A stretch of DNA of 64,000 nucleotides, taken from the NCBI RefSeq assembly GCF_006345805.1, contig NC_043009.1, forward strand, positions 682,001 through 746,000, in the 5' to 3' direction. The stretch is from Octopus sinensis (Eukaryota). The notes below the pieces were generated by a model. It made no database searches and had not been told where the DNA came from. It saw only the letters and a program-made list of their open reading frames with translations. The translations under genes and the position numbers were made by a program. Every line of letters begins with the position of its first letter. Within the stretch, counting starts at the first letter, position 1. Shown one piece after another: positions 52,682 to 64,000 of the stretch.

Positions 52682-53639
52682 TATATATATATATATATAT
52701 AATATATATATACACATTTCTTTTCCTAATGAATATAACAAGCTCTCTATCTCTCATTTATTTTATATAATTGTCAATTTATTTATTTAGATACACCAGG
52801 TGACAGTAAGGGTTTCAATGTGTCTTCCTCTATTTGATTAATATTATAAATCATTAGTACTAGATGTTGATGTATTCACAAATGCTTATTTAATTATATT
52901 TATTTTGATTTACTAGACCTATATATGCATACATACATACATACATAAATTTTTAACACACTGCCTAAATACCAATCTTGGGAGAGTGGGCTTCTCAAAA
53001 CCAGAAAGGAGAAAGCTGATTCGAAGACTAGAGATCCAATCCATCACTAGAACCTTAAAAATCTGTAAAACGTTCCAGAAGTTTACCATTTAAGTATATA
53101 TGAGAGCATGTCTAGGTATGCAAGTATATGCATGAGCATATGTATATAAAAAATATTCAAATCTGCACATCTACATACATGCATACATACAAAATATCCT
53201 GTTGTTGATGTTGAAATTCCAATGAAGGAGCCTTGAATCTAGGTTAGAAACCGGTTCTTTCACTGTTGGCAAGAAACCTAGAAATAAAAACTGAATAATG
53301 ACATACATACATACATACATGCATACATGCATACATACATACATACATACATACATACATACATGTTATACATAATCAAATTCAAACACATCATTCAAAC
53401 ATTCCATGCTCCCCAAAATTTGCCAACTTTACACCTGACGTATCAATGCACACGTTCCTCTTTATGGCTCCTTGACTATTCACTTACCTTTCTTCTTTAA
53501 TTTTTTTCTATGAACTATGAATGTACTTTTAGCTTTCATTGCTCTCTTTCTTGCCTTGATTTATTGCCCCCACTTCTGTTCCTTCCTTTAGTCTATTCTG
53601 ACCAGTCGTAGTGAGTTTGAGCATTGTGTAAAATAAACC

Positions 53640-54262
53640 CAGTTGGCAGAATCGTTAAAATGACTGAAAAATACTCAGCGATAATACTTCCAGCTCTTTA
53701 TTTTCGGAGTTCAAATCCCGACGAATCCTATTTTAACTTTAATTTATTCCCCTTGAAGTTGATAAAATAAAGTACTAATCAAGTACTGGGATAAATATGA
53801 TCGACTTATCTCCTTTCTAAAAATGACTGGCCATATGCCAATATTTGAAAGAAAGGCGGTGGTCAGGAAGAACCGTTAGAAAGTCGAAAAATTACTTTGC
53901 AGTATTCGATTCGACTAATTGTGTTCTGAGTTCAAATTCCATCCAGGTCAACTGTGCCTTTCATTCTTTCAGGTTCGATAAAATGATTATCAGTTACGCA
54001 CTGGGGTCGATGTAATCAACTAGCACCCCACAAAAAATTTCAGGCCCTGTGCCTGATTATTAAGGCGGCGAGCTGATTGAATCGTTAGCACGCCGGACGA
54101 AATGCTTAGCGGCATTTCGTCTGACTTTACGCTCTAAGCTCAAATTCAGTCGAGGTTGATTTTGCCTTCCACCCTTTCGGGGTTGATAAAATACATACCA
54201 CTGGGGGTCGATGTAAGCGACTTACCCTCTCCCAAAATTTCAGGCCTTGTGCCTTTAGTAGA
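53640..54262 (+). mobile_element. Three consecutive SINE family A copies of increasing intactness
   Basis: Repeated ggcagaatcgttag..gagttcaaat..gtcgat blocks. Confidence 0.75.
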
Positions 54263-54272
54263 AAGGCAGTAG

Positions 54273-54440
54273 CGGCGGCACGGCGGTAGAGGCGGCACGG
54301 CGGTAGAGGCGGCACGGCGGTAGAGACGGCACGGCGGTAGAGGCGGCACGGCGGTAGAGGCGGCACGGCGGTAGAGACGGCACGGCGGTAGAGGCGGCAC
54401 GGCGGTAGAGGCGGCACGGCGGGAGAGGCGGCACGGCGGT
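54273..54440. repeat. GC-rich 17-bp minisatellite (ggcggcacggcggtaga)n
   Basis: About 9 tandem units seen directly. Confidence 0.92.
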
Positions 54441-54782
54441 GGTAGTATTGGTGGTGGCAGTGGTGGTGAAGGAGGTGGTGGTGATGGGGCGATGCTGATG
54501 GTTATAATAAGAAGAAGGAGGAGGTACCGTTCAACATGATGCAATAAATTGACGTAGCTAAGACTCTGCCATCCAATATGGTCTGTTGCACTTGAAAGAA
54601 GCGGCTGGTTTCTTAACACACTTTTAAAAATAGCTTTTCGGTGTAATTAAGACGTTCTTTCATCTACCTTACTGATGTCTGGAGTGGATAAAGATTACCG
54701 TTAATGTGCTTATATTGCTCGCATGCACAAGCACGTAAACACGTACACGCATAGACAAATATAATTCATATATAATATATAT

Positions 54783-55015
54783 TAAGGCGGCGAGCTGGCA
54801 GAAACGTTAGCACGCCGGGCGAAATGCGTAGCCGTATTTCGTCTGCCGTTACGTTCTGAGTTAAAATTCCGCCGAGGTCGACTTTGCCTTTCATCCTTTC
54901 GGGGTCGATAAATTAAGTACCAGTTACGCACTGGGGTCGATGTAATCGACTCAATCCGTTAGTCTGTCCTTGTTTGTCCCCTCTATGTTCAGCCCCTTGT
55001 GGGTAATAAAAAAAA
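54783..55015 (+). mobile_element. SINE family A (reference-quality copy)
   Basis: aaggcggcgagctggcagaaacgttagcacgccgggcg...gccccttgtgggtaataaa. Confidence 0.9.
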
Positions 55016-55140
55016 CACATATATAATATATACTACATGTATATATATATGATATATGATATATATATATATATATATACATGTAGTATATATTATACAT
55101 ATATATGAAAATAGGTATATAAAGTATATAAATATATATG

Positions 55141-55207
<67 letters not shown>

Positions 55208-55238
55208 ATATATATTTATATATATATATATACATATA

Positions 55239-55751
55239 TCTATATATATAAAACTGTAGTTGTGTGAGTGTCTGTTCCCTTCGATTTAGATTCCTAACTA
55301 CTCCCACACTTTGCGGTGCAGTTTAACCAAATTCGGGTATCTTATAGTCGTGATTCATATCGAGCCCGTCTGGCTATTAGCGCGCGTCTACGATGAGTCT
55401 ACGATTTTTAAAATAATTTAACATCATTTTTTATTCCATTTTAATGCATAATTTTTCGTGTGTCGATGGCGGCGGAGTTGGCGTCCATGGTCACACCTGC
55501 ACCTGTTTGCTTCTCCCCCTTCTTCCCTCCCTCGTGAAGCTGTGGGGAAGGGAGTGTAAGGAAATCAACGTCGTAAAGCGTTGTCAAGGAGACCAGCGTT
55601 CTTTTAGAACTACGACTTCATGGCTTGAAGACACCACAACAGAAATGGCTAAGAAAGCCCAAATTGGCATCTATAAGGGAAGTAACTCTCTAAAAATGCT
55701 TATATAGTTATTTCCCTTACAAACCCGAGCAACGCCGGGCGATACTGCTAG
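55239..55751 (+). mobile_element. Non-autonomous Helitron
   Basis: A|TCTATATATATAAAAC...cccgagcaacgccgggcgatactgCTAG|T. Confidence 0.75.
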
Positions 55752-56139
55752 TATATGTATATATATGTGTGTATATATATATGTGTGTGTGTGTGTGTGT
55801 ACAGCATACAGTACAAAGTGAGATAGGGGTTATGAGTGTAACCCACTATGGGATATCAGTTATCCAATATACTGCTGGTGAAGCACCCAAAAGGCAAATA
55901 CAATTGCAATGCAATTAATTCATTTATTTTATTAGATGGGCGAAGGTAAAATATTTTGCCTAAAATTCATAATACAAATAAGAAAATGGAGGAAGAGATT
56001 CATTTCAATCATTGACTTACAGATATTACCAATTCATATTATTTATTAACTACATAAATAGGAACATCCAAATCCAACAAAATTAAACAATATACATCAA
56101 TAAGTAAGATAATACCATAAAATAATACTCATAAAATGG

Positions 56140-56263
56140 ATCTTACAGCTGTTTCAGCCTGTAGATAAAGGTATCTCATTCTGCTTATATTAGTCAGATG
56201 TATTGAGGTAATATGGAGTTAAAAATGAGTTATATATATATATCTCAAGGCCTCGTCAGAGAT
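56140..56263 (-). ncRNA. Type I hammerhead fold with ~90-nt insertion in stem II, inside an inverted repeat (56017-56467)
   Basis: Minus strand reads atct CTGACGA ggcct (..~90 nt..) aggct GAA ACAGCTGT A agat. Confidence 0.65.
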
Positions 56264-57599
56264 TATAAAGTACTACCTCAATACATTTGACTAATATAGG
56301 CAGAATGAGATACCTTTATCTACAGGCTGAAACAGCTGTAAGATCCATTTTATGAGTATTATTTTTATGGTATTATCTTACTTATTGATGTATATTGTTT
56401 AATTTTGTTGGATTTGGATGTTCCTATTTATGTAGTTAATAAATTATATGAACTGGTAATATCTGTACCATATCTATGGTATTTTCATATATGCTTAAAG
56501 CTTATGGCAATCACCGTGCATGACTAAGGAAAATAGTCTAATAAGGGGGCATATAAGCCCTTAGTCACGTTAACAAAGGGATGTGGATTTGAGTCCCACA
56601 CGAATAGGAAAGCCTTCTTTTTTCTGTTGAGGGCTTATATCGCCCGTTATTAAACTAATTTCCTTAGTCATTGCACGGTAATCGCCGTAAGCTTTATGCT
56701 TATATAAAAATACCATTATTATTATTTACAGGATTGTAAAATACGGCGCCATAGAACAAAACCCTTCGCACCGAAATCATGTATCGAAAGCTTATTTATC
56801 AATACATAAAACAAATACGAACTAATATAGTTCTTAAATTTGACAGAAAGAGGGTGACTAATTCGCTGGTGTAAAGGTAACACACTTCGTCGCGCTAACA
56901 AAGGGATGTGGATTCGAGTCCCACGCGTATAGGAAAGCCTTCTTTTTTTCTGTCGAGGACTTATATGCCCCGTTTTTAGACTATTTTCCATAATCATTGC
57001 ACGGTGATCGCTTTAAGCTTATATAAAAATAAGTAGAAAAGCAGATAGACAATTAATTATAGGCGCAAAGAATGTATGCACATGCAAAGTTCCATATAAT
57101 GATATAATCAAGTCTTATCTTTACAGCTAATTAATGACAAATCTCAAAGCTATGTATGATATACTAGCAGTATCGCCCGGCGTTGCTCGGGTTTGTAAGG
57201 GAAATAACTATAAAGCCTTTTTAGAGAGTTATAGCCAAAAAATAGCAAAAAAATGGGGGAAAAAATTATGGTAAATTTTTTTGATAGTTAAAAAGGTCGA
57301 GTTGCGTCCCCTAGGCCATCTGTGGTTTGTGTTTCTGATTCTCGACCCCATGTCGAATTTATCGATCTTTTTCAGAATTGGGGGAACTTTTCAAAATTTT
57401 CTCTGCGTTAGTTTTGAATTATGACATTGGGCTATGTGTGTGTTAAGTTTCATCAGAATCGGTTGAAAGCCGTGGTCAGGGTGAGGGTACAACCTGACAG
57501 ACACACAGAAACACGCACAGACAAACTGCCGTTTATATAGAGAGAGATAAAGAGATCAAAAAAATGTCTAATAAAGAAAGCTGTGCTGTCTGAAGTAAA

Positions 57600-58310
57600 A
57601 AAAAAAGGGGGGGAGAGAGACCGTAGAAACTTCGCGACAGTATGTCTTGGTTATAAGAAAGCATTCGACTTTATTCGCCACTCATAGCTGCGGAAGTCTC
57701 AGCCCTGCAAAAGTACCTAATGCCTTAGTTGCTGCCATTGAAAGGCTCACAAAGACCTGAGCAATAGTTCTCACACTTACCACTGAGAGCGGAATGATCA
57801 TACCCAATGTTATAAATATTTCAAATGGAATTTTCGAGATAGTCTGTCTGCACTTCGGTTCATTGTCATTAAATCCATTATCATTCTTGCTACAAAAAGC
57901 AAACGGTTACATGCGGGGGTCTGCAACTGCTAGAGATATTAATGTAACCCATAACGTCTTTGTGGCTGACCTCAAGATTTATGTTAAAAATGTTGACAAT
58001 GCCAAAATACAACTGGAGTTAAATAACATTTTCAGCTGAGATAGGAGCAGAATTTGGCCAAAAGAAATATTCGTATTTGATCGTTGAATGTTGAAGATCA
58101 GTTCCTAGATGGACAATCTTACTATGACTGCTGTTCCTTACAAAGAATACAACAGATACCCGGGTATTGATGAAAGCATATCATACGAAGGATTTGTGAA
58201 TAAAGACAGTGACCCGAGAATATATCCAGACTTAGAAAAAAATATGCCAGTCGTAATTCTCCTCTTGCAAAACAATGTCCCACGAAGCATTTGCATTCCA
58301 GCATTCGGGA
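57600..58310 (+). pseudogene. Heavily degenerate R4-like RT fragment
   Basis: Fragments YKKAFD, GIF..DSLS..F.LSLNPLSFLL, THNVFVADLKIY and YNRYPGIDESISY. Confidence 0.6.
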
Positions 58311-58649
58311 TACTTGACTGGTTTGTAAAGGAAATGCACTCCATAGAAGGTGATGGTGGTGGCCGTCGTGGTCATCGTCGTCGTTGTCAGCATCTTCTTC
58401 GAAGTAGTAGCTGTGGTGGTAGTGATGATGATTATGATCGTGATAGTGATGATGACGATGTCGATGACGACGGCGACGACGACGACGACGATGGCGATAA
58501 CAATAATCATGATAAGGAGAAATTGGAGGAGGAGGCGACCCAAACAAAAGAAACAAAAGAGGCGTCAAAAATGCTTCGTTTGGTGTTAAACGTTTTTTTC
58601 ATTATTTTCTTTTTTCCGTTTCATGATTCATCAAAACAAGAACTTGTTT

Positions 58650-58850
58650 GGTTTCTTTGTGTTTTTGTTGTTGTTTGGTTTCTTTGTGTTTTTGTTGTTG
58701 TTTGGTTTCTTTGTGTTTTTGTTGTTGTTTGGTTTCTTTGTGTTTTTGTTGTTGTTTGGTTTCTTTGTGTTTTTGTTGTTGTTTGGTTTCTTTGTGTTTT
58801 TGTTGTTGTTTGGTTTCTTTGTGTTTTTGTTGTTGTTTGTTTTTTGTGTC
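58650..58850. repeat. 27-bp minisatellite (tttggtttctttgtgtttttgttgttg)n
   Basis: About 7 near-perfect units. Confidence 0.92.
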
Positions 58851-59807
58851 AGGAAAACAACACAAAAGAAGTTTGTGTATTATATTCAATATTATTATTT
58901 CAAAACAACTTTTAATATTTAATCCTCATTATTGTAGCCAATCAGAATCGGCAAATGTCGGTCTTTAAATTGAGTTACCAAAATAGGTCAGATGCCGCAT
59001 AAAATGTAAATACAATTTAAAGAATATAAGTTTTTTTTTTTTTCAAGCTTTGAAATTCTAATTCGGAGACTAGAAAGAGAATTATTGGATTCAAGATGAG
59101 AGATTGGGTGGTAATTTAAGTGGTAGGTCATGTTTGGACTTTATGGTACATTAGGAAAGATGTGAAAGAGATAGAGTGATAGATGTTATATTACGTAAGG
59201 GGCGAAATGATAGAAGAAGAAGGAAGGAGGAGGAGGAGGAAGAAGAAGAGGAGGAGGTAGACGGTGAAGGGAACAAAAAGAGGAACAGACAGACGAGTAT
59301 AAAATTGAAGGAGACAGGGAGAGAGAAGGGCGTGAATGAGAAGTAAGTTAATTGTATGCATGTATACATATAGACAAATTAAGCAGGCACATATGCTATA
59401 TATATATCTTATAATATATATATAATATATATGTGGTGTGTGTGTGTGTGTGTTGTGTGGTGTGTGTGTGTGCGTGTGTGTCAGTGTATATATATGTGTA
59501 ATAATATACCCACACATATATATGCATATGTGCATGCTTATATGTCTATATGTATACATGCATACAATTAACTTACTTCTCATTCACCCGCTTCTCTCTC
59601 CCTGTCTCCTTCAATTTTATATATATATGTAATATATTATATTGTATGCATGAGAAAAGGGTTAAACGGAGAGTAATTAGGTTAACTGTAATACATATAT
59701 ACATATACTAATGCATGTTCACATATATATATATATATATATATTAAGCATCTGCAAATACATACACATACACTCACATACATACACACATAACACACGC
59801 ACGCATA

Positions 59808-59894
<87 letters not shown>

Positions 59895-60970
59895 CCACAT
59901 ATAGGCTTCTTTGATGGCTCTAGACATCTGACTAGAAGTGAGGTGATGCTTGTTGTTACTTGGGAATGGTCTATTGACTGACCCTCATTGCAACACCTAT
60001 CTGTGTTCGGTTTGTCCTTACAAGAGGCCATCCGGATCCCGTTTGCGCCGCGTAACAGGAATTAATCTTCTCTCTTCGCTCTTATACGCCATTTGGTCTC
60101 AACTCTCCCCCCTCCTCATCTAACCCCTCTCCCCCCCCCCCTCCTCACCTATCCTTCCCCCCCCTACCTTCCCCCCTTTCCCTCTTCTCTCATCCTTCAT
60201 CCTTTCACCCCTACTCCCCTTCCCTTCTTCCCTCTCCCTCCCTTCCCACTTCCCTTCCCTCTGCTCCTCCCTCACTCCCCTTCTCTCTCCCCCTCCCCCT
60301 CTTTCCTCCCTCATCCTCCCCTTCCTTCTCCCCTCCTCTCTCCTCCCCCTCTTCGTCCCCTCCCTCTTCCCCCTCCCTTCCCTCCCCCTTCCCCCCCCTC
60401 TTCTCCTTCTCCTCACTACACCACACGACTTTACACATCACATCATTATGATGTGCCATACTAATACATACACCAACTAATACATACTAATACGTACTAA
60501 TACATACTAATACATACTAATACATACACACAACCCTATACATACACACGTCCAACCCCTCATACGCACTTATACTCTCTCATACACACACACACACACT
60601 ATACATACTAATACGTACTAATACATACTAATACATACTAATACATACAACAACCCACCATACATACGCCTGTCCAGACCTATCCTACGCACTAATACTC
60701 TCTCATACACACACACACACACACACACACCCTATCCATACTAATACATACACCAACCCTATACTACACACGTCCAGACCCCTCCTACGCACTAATAGGT
60801 GGTCATTCAACCCTGTTATCAACCCTATTATCTCCCCTTATTTCGCTCTCGCGTCTCATGTTTGATCTTTGACTTCTGGCCGAAATCAGATCGCCATGTT
60901 GATTCTTTTAGTTACTGCACGCATTTTTTTTCTCTCCTTCTTTCTGTGTTCTTTTTTTTCTCTCGTGTAT

Positions 60971-61005
60971 CTTTCTGTTGAGAGCGTAGGCTCGAAACGT
61001 TAAAG
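60971..61005 (+). ncRNA. Minimal type I hammerhead fold, CTGTTGA core, in a PLE-type terminal repeat
   Basis: cttt CTGTTGA gagc-gtag-gctc GAAACGTT aaag. Confidence 0.55.
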
Positions 61006-61104
61006 ACTTGTTTTATTTATATTTCCTGAGCGCCATACTAATACAATTTTTGTTTGTTTTTCCCACCTGCCTTCGTCTTTTGTCTATTTTCATAAAGCTT
61101 CCCG

Positions 61105-61142
<38 letters not shown>

Positions 61143-61157
61143 GATATAATATATTAT

Positions 61158-61213
<56 letters not shown>

Positions 61214-61795
61214 CAACACATATATATATATATTCACATACATGTATGTATGTACGTACGCACGAAATTAGCAGGTGCGTGTCAGAAACTAAGTTCTCGG
61301 ATCACTGATGTTACTTCTCATGAGTACACACACACGCACATACATACATACATACATACATGTATACATACATACATACATACATACATGCATACATACA
61401 TACATACATACATACATACATACATACATACATACATACATACATACATACATACATACATGTATACGTACATGCGTGCATATGAGCGTTGAACTGTATC
61501 GAACGAATGAGTGGGGAATCGACTTTCACGCCATTGTGATCTCCAAGCAGGAACGTCTGAAGATATACACACAACACACTTATACTGATGTCCCACACAC
61601 ACACACACGCACCACGCACACATGTATATATATATATGTGTGTGTGTGTGTATGTGTGTGTGTGTACATATATAAATATATATATATACATACACACACA
61701 TATATACATATATATGCGTGTGTATATACATATATATTATATATTATTATATATGATATATGCATATATATATATATAAATATATAATATATATA

Positions 61796-61837
<42 letters not shown>

Positions 61838-61869
61838 ATATATATATTATATATATTATATATATTGTT

Positions 61870-62080
61870 ATATTCGGAATGGTCATTTGCCAGTTTAGCC
61901 AATAAAACACACAAACTATATATTTGGTGTTACTTTGCTTCAGTGTTATTTATTTTTTGACATTAATTTTAATTTATTTCGGCCAGAGTTCTTTCATCAC
62001 ACTCCTGTGACCGCATCAGTGGACCTTTGTTTCTTCTTCTTATTTGTGTTCTCTCCTTACTAACCGTCAGCCATTTTGTG
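61870..62080 (-). mobile_element. Solo PLE terminal repeat of the 36240-39290 family with an HHR fold (61981-62025)
   Basis: Matches 36295-36510 and is flanked by (TA)n on both sides. Confidence 0.8.
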
Positions 62081-62089
62081 ATATATATA

Positions 62090-62138
<49 letters not shown>

Positions 62139-62615
62139 TATAATATATATGATATATATACATGTGAATCGTTGGCGATTTTTTCCCTCCGTCTCTTCCT
62201 TTTCTATTAGACTTTCCTCTGTTTCTGAACAAGAGCTTTGCTCGAATCGTTAAACCATCTTTCTTTCCCTCCCTAAGCGTCTGCTATTACTTTACATGTT
62301 TTTGTCAAGGTGACTGAAACTAACAGGCATGCACTCTGAATGCCCGAATGGCTGAATGCCACTAAAATTCCGGTTTGAACTGCAGCCTAACTTGAGATTT
62401 TTGTGATTCCCTTTCTAAAGCGCCTAGAAGTGGCTTCCCTTTGAGCAGACGGTTTACTCGGCTTATAGAAATCTCGCTTGACACGATGTTCCAATAGCTG
62501 GGGCATTCTAGAAACAGCTGTTAGAGACTATGTATCGCTTTTTTATTATTTAGCTAAATCAAATGTCGTTGTCAAATCTTGCCAAACCGTTTGCCTTTTC
62601 ATTTCTGTCTTAATC

Positions 62616-62657
<42 letters not shown>

Positions 62658-63189
62658 GAGAGTGAGTGAGTGAGTGAGTGAGTGAGTGAGTGAGTGAGTG
62701 TACGACAAGATTCTTTCAGTTTCTGTCTACCATATCCATTCACAAGGCTTTCGTTGGCCAGACCCCTTCCCAAGGTGTCACGTAGTGGGACTGAACTCGG
62801 AACCATCTTAAGGAATGGTCTCACAGGGGTCGGGAGGGCTTCACATATCTAACGGTCCAATGTAAATGAACCCTTAGCTTGCAGTCAATAAATAAATAGT
62901 ACAGACCCCAGTATACGCCATGGAAACCGGGTTAATCTCGGGCCTTATAAGGCCTAGGGCACATGACAGACCCTTGTAGACTCTAGTGCTGCGCTTTGTA
63001 CGGTCCGTAACAAGGTTGGCCTTCTGAAACACATTCGTTTCATATTTGCCAGCTAGGTGGACTGGAAAAACAGGGAATGAAATATCTTGCTCAACGACAC
63101 AACGCACCACCAGGAACTGAACTCACAACTTTACGATCGTGAGCTGAATATCCCAACCCCTGAGCCACGCGCCTTCATATATTCTTTTC

Positions 63190-64000
63190 TACACTAGGCA
63201 CAAGGCCCGGAATTTTGGGGGTGGGGGCCAGTCGATTAGATCGGCCCCAGTACGCAACTGGTACTTAATTTATCGACCCTGAAAGGATGAAAGGCACAGT
63301 CAACCTCGGCGGAATTTGAACTCAGAACGTAAAGACAGACGAAATACATATTTCTTTACTACCCACAAGGAGCTAAACACAGAGGGGACAAACAAGGACA
63401 GACAGATGGATTAAGTCGATTACATCGACCCCAGTGCGTAACTGGTACTTAATTTATCGACCCTGAAAGGATGAAAGGCACAGTCGACCTCGGCAGAATT
63501 TGAACTCAGAACGTAACGGCAGACGAAATACCTATTTCTTTATTACCCACAAGGGGCTAAACACAGAGGGGACAAACAAGGACAGACATAGGTATTAAGT
63601 CATTTACATCAACCCCAGTGCGTAACTGGTACTTAATTTATCGACTCGAAAGGATGAAAGGCAAAGTCGACCTCGGCGGAATTTGAACTCACAACGTAAC
63701 GCAGACGAAATACCGCTAAGCATTTCGCCCGTCGTGCTAACGCTTCTGCCAGCTCGCCGCCCATTATCGGCAGACGAAATACCGGTAAGCATTTCGCCCG
63801 GCATCCTAGCGTTTCTTATTTCTTTTACTGCCCACAAGGGGCTAAACATAGAGGGGACAAACAAGGACAGACAGAGAGATTAAGTCGATTACATTGACCC
63901 CAGTGCGTAACTGGTACTTAATTTATCGACCCCGGAAGGATGAAAGGCAAAGTCGACCTCGGCGGAATTTGAACTCAGAACGTAACGGCAGACGAACTAG
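63190..64000 (-). mobile_element. Tandem multimer of SINE family A bodies (~183-bp period), running off the window end
   Basis: ggtacttaatttatcgac recurs at ~63261, 63445, 63628 and 63914. A full head is present only at ~63715-63760. Confidence 0.85.

Noticed and set aside
58109-58915. 268-aa ORF
   Set aside because: It is a chimera of a decayed RT fragment, a (GAT/GAC) tract and the 27-bp minisatellite.
62221-62255. Minimal hammerhead gttt-CTGAACA-gagc..gctc-GAATCGTT-aaac (and 35765-35800)
   Set aside because: The stems are recognisable, but essential core positions are mutated (G8 and A15.1 here; G12 in the 35.8k copy). Not called as functional RNAs.

Overview
This is AT-rich animal (non-prokaryotic) genomic DNA made up almost entirely of microsatellites and decayed mobile elements. 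The SINE families and repeat density suggest an octopus or related cephalopod, but that is inference. I found no confidently intact host gene, rRNA, tRNA gene or CRISPR array, and most listed ORFs are translations of simple repeats. Recognisable elements are R4/Dong-type, CR1 and RTE LINE fragments, three Penelope-like elements (PLEs; RT plus GIY-YIG), a Ty3/gypsy remnant, mariner transposons, non-autonomous Helitrons and several tRNA-derived SINE families. The main finding is a non-coding tandem array of ~357-bp units (32593-34566). Each unit carries a type I hammerhead ribozyme (HHR) fold with a non-canonical UUGACGA core at the tip of a long predicted stem, and the array ends in an inverted copy inside the (TA)n tract of a SINE. 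This looks like a candidate retrozyme (circular-RNA retroelement). About a dozen further HHR folds occur in PLE-type terminal repeats. They show several core variants, one branched stem II supported by covariation, and a recurring inverted architecture with 3' ends facing outward, mostly at (TA)n. All folds were made by eye, and repeat boundaries are approximate (about +/-20 bp) unless a junction is quoted.
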